A stretch of 64,000 bases of DNA from an uncultured Gemmatimonadales bacterium (GTDB taxonomy: Bacteria; Gemmatimonadota; Gemmatimonadetes; Gemmatimonadales; Gemmatimonadaceae), in NCBI GenBank assembly GCA_963793305.1, contig CAWBZV010000003.1:1248001-1312000 (forward strand). Direction: 5' to 3'. Every line of letters starts with the position of its first letter. The first letter of the stretch is position 1. Under the pieces are notes generated by a model that saw only the letters and a program-made list of their open reading frames with translations, made no database searches and was not told the DNA's origin. This document shows, in pieces, positions 56,677-64,000 of the stretch. The translations under genes and the position numbers were made by a program.

Positions 56677-57914
56677 TCAGAACGCAGCGCGACGATGGGA
56701 TCGAGGCGCGAGGCGCGGCTGGCGGGGTACGCGCCGGCGACAATGCCCACGCCGCCACCGAGTGCGACAGCGACAATGATCGACCAGGGCGCGATCGCGG
56801 CCGGCAATGGCGACAGGGCCGCGACGAGCTGTGTAAGGCCGAGCCCCAAGGCGATCCCGATGCCGGCGCCGATCAAGCTCAGGGTCGCGGCCTCGACGAG
56901 GAACTGGGCCATGATGTCGCGCCGCCGCGCCCCCAGCGACTTTCGTATCCCGATCTCCCGCGTCCGCTCGGCCACCGCGACGAGCATGATATTCATGATC
57001 ACGATCGCGCCGACGAGGAGGCCGACCGACGGCAGGATGAGGCCACCCCACACCATGAACGTCTTGAGCACGCGCCAATCACTGAGCGCCGACTCCGACG
57101 TCTCGAACACGAAGTTGTCCGGCTCACTCGGGTGGAGCTTGTGCCGGCGGCGCATGACGTCCCGCGCGCGATCCTCGGCGTCGATCAAGCCACTCGCGGA
57201 GGGCGCTTGCACGACCACACCATAGAGCCCCGCTGACCTGCGCAGCGAGCGCTCGAGCGGCGAGTGGAAGGGGCCGATGATCTGCCGGTCGAGGTCGAGC
57301 CCGAACACCGATCCCTGCTTCTCGAGCAACCCGATCACGGTGAAGGGCAGGCCATCGACGCGAAGCTCACGCCCGATGGGATCGAGATGCGGGAAAAGCT
57401 GATCCGCCGCCGTCTTGCCGATCACCACCACCGACGCGCCGTAGGTGTCTTCCTCGGTGTTGAAGAGGCGGCCCGCGGTGACATGCAGATCTTTGATCGC
57501 GAAATAGTCCTCGGTGACGCCTTCGAGCATCACTTGCGGTCCACCCTTCGAGTACTCGGACCGCGGCGACACCCACCGCGCGTCCTGAATCGCCCATCGG
57601 ACCTGCGCCGGAAGCCCTTCTCGGACGGCTTGGGCGTCGTCGACCGTGATCACTGGCCGCTGTTTCCACTCGCGCCAGGTTTTTTCGGAGACATCACCGC
57701 CAATGTCGGGGAATCGGCGCAAGTTGAACGTGTTGATGCCGAGGAACTTGCCCGCGAAATCTTCCTCGACATACTTGGACATCCCGTTCACGACCGCGAC
57801 CACGGCGACCAGGAACATGACGCCAATGGTGACGCCCATGAGCGTGAACACGCTCTTGAGCTTTTGAACACGTATTTGTGACAGGGCCAGCCGGATGGCC
57901 TCGAACAGCGACAT
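56673..57914 (-). CDS. MacB/FtsX-family ABC permease
   Basis: IMNIMLVAVAERTREIGIRKSLGA, DPIVALRSE. Confidence 0.93.
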   Translation of the reverse strand: MSLFEAIRLALSQIRVQKLKSVFTLMGVTIGVMFLVAVVAVVNGMSKYVEEDFAGKFLGINTFNLRRFPDIGGDVSEKTWREWKQRPVITVDDAQAVREGLPAQVRWAIQDARWVSPRSEYSKGGPQVMLEGVTEDYFAIKDLHVTAGRLFNTEEDTYGASVVVIGKTAADQLFPHLDPIGRELRVDGLPFTVIGLLEKQGSVFGLDLDRQIIGPFHSPLERSLRRSAGLYGVVVQAPSASGLIDAEDRARDVMRRRHKLHPSEPDNFVFETSESALSDWRVLKTFMVWGGLILPSVGLLVGAIVIMNIMLVAVAERTREIGIRKSLGARRRDIMAQFLVEAATLSLIGAGIGIALGLGLTQLVAALSPLPAAIAPWSIIVAVALGGGVGIVAGAYPASRASRLDPIVALRSE

Positions 57915-57936
57915 GCGGCCACTACGGACCTAGTCG

Positions 57937-58443
57937 CTATCCGGTTTCGCCTTTGATCTCCACGGCGATCCCGGCGACCATGAGGGTCACCCGATCGGCC
58001 GCTTCGGCCACCAGTTGGTTCACGACCCCGAGGGCGTCCCGATACCGGCGCGCCAATGGGTTATCCGGCACAATGCCCAGTCCAACTTCGTTGCTGATCA
58101 CCACCCAATTGGACTGGTGCGCCCGATACGCCGCCAGCAGGGGCGCCACCCACTCGGCCGGAGTCCCACCGGCTTCTATGAGATTCCCCACCCAAAGCGT
58201 CAGACAATCGACGATGACCGTGTCATACCCACCGCCCTTGGCCCGCAGCGCTCGCGCGATCTGCCGGGGCTCCTCCAGCGTGTCCCACTCGGTCGGACGC
58301 TCGGCCTTGTGCGCCGCAATACGCACCGCCATTTCCTCGTCCAGCGCCTCGGCGGTCGCGACAAACAACGCGCGTCCCTTCGCCAGCGTCAACGCCCGCG
58401 TGCTCTTGCCCGATCGTGCGCCACCGAGGATGAGCGTCAGCAC
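57937..58443 (-). CDS. cobU: Adenosylcobinamide kinase/adenosylcobinamide-phosphate guanylyltransferase
   Basis: GGARSGKS, RI..H...RP, DCLTLW, SNEVGLGIVP, VAG. Confidence 0.95.
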   Translation of the reverse strand: MLTLILGGARSGKSTRALTLAKGRALFVATAEALDEEMAVRIAAHKAERPTEWDTLEEPRQIARALRAKGGGYDTVIVDCLTLWVGNLIEAGGTPAEWVAPLLAAYRAHQSNWVVISNEVGLGIVPDNPLARRYRDALGVVNQLVAEAADRVTLMVAGIAVEIKGETG

Positions 58444-59810
58444 TCGATCCCCGCGAGTCTGAACATCGCTCTCACGTCACAGTGCCTCGACACATGCTCG
58501 GCCAATGCGTCGAATACTTGATCTCGCGTCGGCGGCAGCGGTCCGAGGTCGAGCTCGACGCCTTTCTGCTCCGCGATCTGGCGCAAGATCCCCCGGCGAC
58601 GATCCGGATCGTCGAACAGCCCGTGCACGTATGTGCCGGCAACGCACCCTTCCGACAGCGGACCTTCACTGACGCCATTGTGAATCTCATAGCCCCCGCC
58701 GGCCAGGCGCTTCGTCGTCTTGACGGCGTCGAACGTCGTCACCACTGGCAGCAATCCCAGCCCCACGACGCAATCGCGCGACGATTCGACGTGGAGCGGG
58801 TCTCTGATCTCGCGACCAAGCATCTGATATCCACCGCAAATGCCGAGGATCGGCGTGTCCTTCGTCAACACCTCAGCAAAGCCCCGTGCGCGAAGCCATT
58901 CGAGATCCGCCACGGTCGTCTTGGTACCTGGCAGCACGATGAGATCCGGGCGCCCGAGCTGCTCGACTCGATCGACGAACCGCACGCCCACGCCACGCTC
59001 CCGGCGCAATGGGTCGAAGTCGTCGAAGTTCGCCATATGTGGAAACTGTATGACCGCAATGTCAATGATGGCATCGGCCACGTGATCGGTCGGCACTCCG
59101 AGTGTGTCTTCTTCGGGCAGCCCGATCTCCGGCATGTACGGAATGACGCCAAGCGTCGGAATCCCTGTACGCTCGGCCAACATGCTCGGCCCCGGCTCGA
59201 TAAGCGAAGGATCACCGCGGAACTTGTTGATGACAAACCCACGAACGAGTTGGCGCTCGGCGTTGCTGAGCAGTGCCACGGTGCCATAGAGCGATGCGAA
59301 CACGCCGCCGCGCTCGATGTCGCCGACGAGTACCACAGGAGCGTTGGCGCGAAGTGCCACGCGCATATTCACGATCTCGCGCGAAGCCAGGTTGATCTCA
59401 GCAGGGCTTCCGGCGCCTTCGATGATGACCAGATCGTGCTCAGCGAGCAGCGCGTCGAGACTCTCCGTGACGACGGGCCACAACGCCTCGCGCCGCTCGA
59501 AGTACTCGGCCGCGCGCTCCGCCCCGATCGCGCGGCCGAGCACGATAACCTGGGACCGCTGGTCATCGGTCGGCTTGAGCAGGATGGGATTCATCTGAAC
59601 CGTCGGCACGACACCGGCGGCCTCAGCCTGCGTATACTGCGCCCGCCCGATCTCGCCACCGTCCGGCGTAACCGCCGCATTGAGCGACATGTTCTGCGCT
59701 TTGAACGGCGCAACCCGATATCCCGCGTTGGCGGCGATGCGACACAACGCGGTCACCAATGTCGACTTGCCGACGTGTGATGCGGTGCCTTGGACCATGA
59801 GGACCGGCAT
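58437..59810 (-). CDS. cobQ: Cobyric acid synthase
   Basis: GTASHVGKS, PFKAQNMS, EGAGSPAEINL, GICGGYQMLG, YEIH. Confidence 0.96.
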   Translation of the reverse strand: MPVLMVQGTASHVGKSTLVTALCRIAANAGYRVAPFKAQNMSLNAAVTPDGGEIGRAQYTQAEAAGVVPTVQMNPILLKPTDDQRSQVIVLGRAIGAERAAEYFERREALWPVVTESLDALLAEHDLVIIEGAGSPAEINLASREIVNMRVALRANAPVVLVGDIERGGVFASLYGTVALLSNAERQLVRGFVINKFRGDPSLIEPGPSMLAERTGIPTLGVIPYMPEIGLPEEDTLGVPTDHVADAIIDIAVIQFPHMANFDDFDPLRRERGVGVRFVDRVEQLGRPDLIVLPGTKTTVADLEWLRARGFAEVLTKDTPILGICGGYQMLGREIRDPLHVESSRDCVVGLGLLPVVTTFDAVKTTKRLAGGGYEIHNGVSEGPLSEGCVAGTYVHGLFDDPDRRRGILRQIAEQKGVELDLGPLPPTRDQVFDALAEHVSRHCDVRAMFRLAGIEC

Positions 59811-59884
59811 CCGTCGAGGCTAGCCGCGCTCGCGCTTGCGCGCCAGCCGCGCGCTGAGTTACCGTTCGGCCCACAATTGTTCGG

Positions 59885-60039
59885 CGAACGGGGCTCACGG
59901 AAGACCGGTGAAAGACCGGCGCGGCCCCGCCACTGTAAGAGGCATTACGGCGTGCTCGAAAGAGCCACTGGTGCGCGGCCCTAGTCCGCGCGCTGGGAAG
60001 GCGAGCCCGCTGCCTCGAGCCAGGAGACGCGTCCCGTTT
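59885..60039 (+). ncRNA. Cobalamin riboswitch
   Basis: GGAA, CCGGTGAAAGACCGG, CCCCGCCACTGTAA, AGCCACTG...GGGAAG, B12 box GAGCCAGGAGAC; upstream of btuF. Confidence 0.93.
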
Positions 60040-60078
60040 CGCTCCCGAAGGCAACACCCTCGAGGGAGGGGCACGGGG

Positions 60079-60969
60079 ATGGTTCGCTACCTAGGCTTAC
60101 TGCTCATCGCCATCGGCTGCACCAGCGGCACGCCGCCGGCGCAGTCCAAATTTGTTTTGGTCGACGGTGACGGCGACACGGTCCGACTGGCCGCCGCCGC
60201 GCAGCGCGTGATCTGCCTGGTGCCGAGCGTCACGGATCTCACCATCGCGATGGGCCTGCAATCGCGACTGGTCGGCCGCACCCGATATGACAAGTCCCCA
60301 GCGATAGCCTCGGTAGCGTCCGTAGGCGGGACGATCGATCCCGACCTGGAGCGCGTGTTCGCGCTGCACCCAGATCTCGTCCTCGCCTGGGAGGGCACAA
60401 AGGGGACGGCGCAGCGACAGGCGATCGGCGCACATGGTATCCCGTTGTACGCCGTAGCACTCCGTGACTCGGCCGCGCTGTTCAAGACGGTAAAAGACCT
60501 CGGCACGATGCTGGGATCCGACAGCGCCGCCGTGCAAATGGCCACGTCACTCCGAGCGCAACTCGACTCCGTGCGAGCGTCGGTGAGCGGGTTGCCCCGT
60601 CCGACGGTGCTGTTCGCGATCTGGGGCGATCCGCCCATGACCGTCGGCCCTCGCACATTCATCGCCGAGCTGATCCGCATCGCCGGCGGCCGTAACGTAT
60701 TCGATGACGCGTCGATGGACTGGCCGCGCGTGACCGTCGAGGAGATCGTGCATCGCGCCCCGGATGTCGTGATCCTCTCGGTCGGCGAAGACTCGACGCG
60801 CGGCGCTGAGGCCTTGCGACGCGCGCCGGGCTGGCGCACGCTGCCCGCCGTTCGCGCGGGCCACATCGCCGCAGTCCCGGCGGATCTCACCAATCGTCCG
60901 GGCCCACTCTTCGGCGTAGCCGCGCGCGCATTTCGCGATGCCATCCACCCCGAGGCGCGCCCGCGATGA
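60079..60969 (+). CDS. btuF: Cobalamin ABC transporter substrate-binding lipoprotein
   Basis: AIGC lipobox, RVICLVPSVT, PDLVL, AGGRNVF, RPGP; under the B12 riboswitch. Confidence 0.88.
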   Translation: MVRYLGLLLIAIGCTSGTPPAQSKFVLVDGDGDTVRLAAAAQRVICLVPSVTDLTIAMGLQSRLVGRTRYDKSPAIASVASVGGTIDPDLERVFALHPDLVLAWEGTKGTAQRQAIGAHGIPLYAVALRDSAALFKTVKDLGTMLGSDSAAVQMATSLRAQLDSVRASVSGLPRPTVLFAIWGDPPMTVGPRTFIAELIRIAGGRNVFDDASMDWPRVTVEEIVHRAPDVVILSVGEDSTRGAEALRRAPGWRTLPAVRAGHIAAVPADLTNRPGPLFGVAARAFRDAIHPEARPR

Positions 60970-61958
60970 AGCGCCGCGGCGCGCCGTTGCTGCTGCTCCT
61001 CACGCTGGTGATGCTCGCCGCGTTCGCGTTGAGCATTCGCGTGGGCTCGGTCACGCTCGACCTGCGCGCCGTGCTCACCGCGCTGACCGGCCATGGCGAC
61101 GCGGCCACCGCCGCGATCGTGCGCGACCTCCGGTTGCCGCGCGCCACGGCCGCCGCTCTTGTCGGGGCGGCGCTGGCGGTGAGTGGGGTCACGTTCCAAG
61201 CGCTGCTCCGGAATGCATTGGCCGAGCCGTACGTCCTCGGCGTATCCGGCGGCGCCGCGCTCGGCGCCGTCGCGGCGATCGTCCTCGGTGGACTCACCGC
61301 CAGCCCCATCTCGATCTCGGCTGCCGCCTTCGCCGGGGCAGCCGCCAGCATTGCGCTCGTGCTCCGCGTCGCAGCTGGGGTCGGCCCGACGCTGGATACG
61401 CGAGTGCTGCTCCTGGCCGGCGTGGTCGTCGGCGCGTTCGCCAACGCGGGCATCTTTCTCATTCTGTCAATCGCCAACGTCGCCGCGTTTCGGTCGGCGA
61501 CCGGCTGGATGATGGGCAGTCTCTCCGGTTCCACATGGGCTGGCGCCGGAACGCTCGCGGCATATCTGGTGCCGACGCTCGTGGTGTTGCTCGCGCTCGC
61601 GCGCCCACTCAACGCGCTCGCGATCGGCGAGGACACCGCCGCGTATCTCGGCGTATCCGTCGAGCGCACGAAGTGGCTCGCGTTCGGCGCCGCGTCACTC
61701 CTCGCGGCCGCGGCCGTCGCCGCCGCCGGCATCATCGGGTTCGTCGGACTCATCGTCCCTCACGCCGCGCGCCTCGCATGGGGCAGCGACCATCGCTTTC
61801 TGTTGCCGGCCTCCGCGCTCCTCGGCGCGACGTTCGTGCTCGTCACCGATACCGCGGCCCGCACCGTCGTCGCGCCGACCGAGCTCCCACTCGGCGCCGT
61901 GACCGCCATCGTCGGCGTGCCACTCTTCGTCGCGCTCCTTCGGCGCCGCCGGTCATGA
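60966..61958 (+). CDS. btuC: FecCD/BtuC-family permease
   Basis: RLPR, RNALAEPYVLG, GIIGFVGLIVPH, ELPLG. Confidence 0.9.
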   Translation: MKRRGAPLLLLLTLVMLAAFALSIRVGSVTLDLRAVLTALTGHGDAATAAIVRDLRLPRATAAALVGAALAVSGVTFQALLRNALAEPYVLGVSGGAALGAVAAIVLGGLTASPISISAAAFAGAAASIALVLRVAAGVGPTLDTRVLLLAGVVVGAFANAGIFLILSIANVAAFRSATGWMMGSLSGSTWAGAGTLAAYLVPTLVVLLALARPLNALAIGEDTAAYLGVSVERTKWLAFGAASLLAAAAVAAAGIIGFVGLIVPHAARLAWGSDHRFLLPASALLGATFVLVTDTAARTVVAPTELPLGAVTAIVGVPLFVALLRRRRS

Positions 61959-62734
61959 CCGCCGCTTGGACCTGCGATCGCGTGACGGTGCGATATCCCG
62001 GAGGCCGTGCGCCGGCGGTCGATGAGGTGTCGCTGGCTATTGCCGAGGGCGCATGCACGATCATCCTCGGCCCGAACGGCTCGGGAAAGTCCACGCTCCT
62101 TCGGGCACTCCTCGGCCGTGTTCCGCTTGCCAGCGGGACGATCACGTGCCTCGGCGCGCCGCTCGTCACGTGGCAGCGCCCCGCGCTTGCTCGCGCGGTG
62201 GGCGTCGTGCCGCAGGGCGAGCACGAGACGTTTCCGATAACGACCCGCGCCTTGGTGGCGATGGGGCGATATCCGCATTTGGGCCCCTGGCGTCGAGAGG
62301 GCGCCGAGGATCTGGCGGCGATCGACACAGCGATGGCGCGATGCGACGTCACCCAGTTCGCCGAGCGAATGGTCGACACGCTCTCGGGTGGCGAGGGCCA
62401 ACGCGCCCGGATCGCGCGCGCTCTCGCTCAACAGCCCCGCGCGCTCGTGCTCGACGAGCCGACCGCGTCGCTCGATCTCAAGCACGAGATGGAAGTACTG
62501 GCTTTGCTCCGGTCGCTCGCCGCGAGCGGCACGACGATCGTGCTCGTCACGCACAATCTGAGCGTCGCGGCGCAATACGCGGATCGAGTGGTTCTGCTCG
62601 ATCACGGATCTCTCGTCGCCGAAGGTCCGCCAGCCGTGGTGCTGTCGCCTTCGCGGGTGCGCGAGGTGTTCGGCTGGCCCGTCGAGCTGATCCACGGTGA
62701 GACCGGCGCGCCGTATATCGTCCCGCTTCGCTGA
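61955..62734 (+). CDS. btuD: ABC ATPase (BtuD/FepC type)
   Basis: GPNGSGKST, LSGGE, LDEPT, VTH; ATGA overlap with the permease. Confidence 0.9.
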   Translation: MTAAWTCDRVTVRYPGGRAPAVDEVSLAIAEGACTIILGPNGSGKSTLLRALLGRVPLASGTITCLGAPLVTWQRPALARAVGVVPQGEHETFPITTRALVAMGRYPHLGPWRREGAEDLAAIDTAMARCDVTQFAERMVDTLSGGEGQRARIARALAQQPRALVLDEPTASLDLKHEMEVLALLRSLAASGTTIVLVTHNLSVAAQYADRVVLLDHGSLVAEGPPAVVLSPSRVREVFGWPVELIHGETGAPYIVPLR

Positions 62735-64000
62735 TGCGATACCTGGCCCTCCTCCTGGCCGCACGTCTGGCCGCCCAAGTCCCGGCCGAAGTGACGGGCC
62801 ACGTCACGGCGCGAGCCGATGGCCACCCCATCGCGAATGCATTCGTGGAAGGTGCTCAGACGAATGAACTGGGCGTGTTTGTCCTGCACGGACTGATGCC
62901 CGGCCGCCGGGCGCTTCGCGTGCGGGCGCTCGGCTTTCGTGCGACCACGGTGGCCGTCAACGTCGCCAATGGGCAAACCACGACACTCGAGGTCGCTCTC
63001 GATGCGATCACGCTGCCCGGCGTCGCGGTGGTGGCTCAGGGAGATACGGCGGGCGCCACCACCCTCACGCACGAGGATATAGAGCGGTCGGGCCGCCAGG
63101 ACCTGGGAGCTGTACTCCAGGACCAAGCGGGCGTGCTCGTCGTATCGACGGGCGGCCCGGGCGCGCCGAGCCACCTGTCGATCCGCGGATCGTCCGCGAA
63201 CGAAATCCTGGTCCTCGTCGACGGCGTGCCGATCAACTCGCCGATCACAGGCGAAGCCGACCTGTCGGTGATCCCACTCTCGGAGATCGAGCGCGTCACC
63301 GTCCTGCGCGGCTCGCAATCGGCGCAATGGGGCGGCCGCGCGATGGCGGGCGTCCTACTGATCGAGACACGCCGCCCAACGATCCCGGATGCGGAGCTCG
63401 ACGCGAGCGCCGCATCGTACGGCGAGCGCGACGCCGCGCTCTCGATCGGCGGCGCGTTTGGCCTTCTGTCAGCGTCACGCCGGTTGAGCCGAGGCGACTT
63501 CCCATACGACGTGCCCGTCGTGCGTGGCGGTGGCAGCGCGATCCGTGGCGACGACGGCTTCTCGGCCAGCGCCGTGGACGGCGCGCTGACGCACGACCTC
63601 GGTCCGGTCGCCCTGCGCCTCCATGGCACCTACGACGCGAACGCGCGCGGCCTTCCAGGCTCGATCACGGCACCGTCGTTCACCGCACACGGCGCCGACG
63701 ATCGCCTCGCCGGCGGTCTCAATGCCTCGTCGTCGGGCGGCCCGATCCAGTGGAGCGCCGACGTGGAAGCCGATCGCGAGCACACCCGGTTCAATGACTC
63801 CACGCCGCCGATCGGCGCGCCATACAATGACCACACGACGGCCTCGAGTCTCACCGAGCTCGCCTCCGCCTCATTTCATGGTCTGTCGATCGGCGCCGAG
63901 TCGCGTCTGATCGACGTGACGGCGACGGACCTCGCGCCTGCCACGCCGACATTGGAGCACGAGAACGGCATCTGGGCGCGCGCGGTCGCGCATGTCGCCA
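62734..64000 (+). CDS. btuB: TonB-dependent receptor, BtuB-like (runs off window end)
   Basis: ATG 62734 MRYLALLL; SIRGSSANEILVLVDGVPIN, IERVTVLRGSQSAQWG; absent from the ORF track because it has no stop in the window. Confidence 0.8.
   Translation, partial: MRYLALLLAARLAAQVPAEVTGHVTARADGHPIANAFVEGAQTNELGVFVLHGLMPGRRALRVRALGFRATTVAVNVANGQTTTLEVALDAITLPGVAVVAQGDTAGATTLTHEDIERSGRQDLGAVLQDQAGVLVVSTGGPGAPSHLSIRGSSANEILVLVDGVPINSPITGEADLSVIPLSEIERVTVLRGSQSAQWGGRAMAGVLLIETRRPTIPDAELDASAASYGERDAALSIGGAFGLLSASRRLSRGDFPYDVPVVRGGGSAIRGDDGFSASAVDGALTHDLGPVALRLHGTYDANARGLPGSITAPSFTAHGADDRLAGGLNASSSGGPIQWSADVEADREHTRFNDSTPPIGAPYNDHTTASSLTELASASFHGLSIGAESRLIDVTATDLAPATPTLEHENGIWARAVAHVA

Noticed and set aside
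60938..61954. 598-aa ABC ATPase with N-terminal extension
   Set aside because: The extension is an alternative frame of the permease; the ATG at 61955 overlaps the permease stop
1..64000. CRISPR arrays, tRNA/rRNA, IS elements, and the many long Arg/Ala/Pro-rich alternative ORFs
   Set aside because: No regularly spaced repeats, RNA-gene signatures or transposase motifs seen by eye; the alternative ORFs are expected high-GC shadows of real genes

Overview
High-GC bacterial chromosomal window, densely coding, with many overlapping genes and many apparently leaderless starts. Gene content and style suggest Gemmatimonadota (inference). I found no rRNA, tRNA, CRISPR array, transposase or integrase. 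Main blocks: (1) hydrolase/oxidoreductase/TauE genes, an OprB-like porin, MgtA and a beta-CASP nuclease; (2) a sigma54-driven ADOP-type ABC permease, DinB and nitroreductase genes, and a kinase-M23-aminotransferase fusion; (3) a split NAD-linked formate dehydrogenase whose catalytic subunit reads through an in-frame TGA as selenocysteine, with a SECIS hairpin; (4) a compact flagellar-type regulatory cassette (sensorless kinase, FlbD/FleR-like sigma54 activator, FlhG, FliA, FlgN-like, minimal FlgM-like) with matching sigma54 and sigma28 promoters but no flagellar structural genes in the window; (5) ECF sigma/anti-sigma/TonB receptor/Wzi-like genes, a SusC/SusD-phosphoesterase operon, fasciclin and peptidases; (6) a metal-related block (DUF2946-like leader plus TBDR, His-rich lipoprotein, RcnR-type repressor with operator) containing an orphan phage tail-tube gene; (7) cobQ-cobU divergent from a cobalamin riboswitch-btuFCD-btuB operon. 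Also seen: a two-copy palindromic repeat (one copy read in frame inside the ECF sigma ORF), a 77-nt dual-coding overlap, three +1 frameshifts, and recurrent CATCG>CATTG changes suggesting methylation-linked sequencing errors or mutation. All family assignments come from motif recognition by eye, not database searches.
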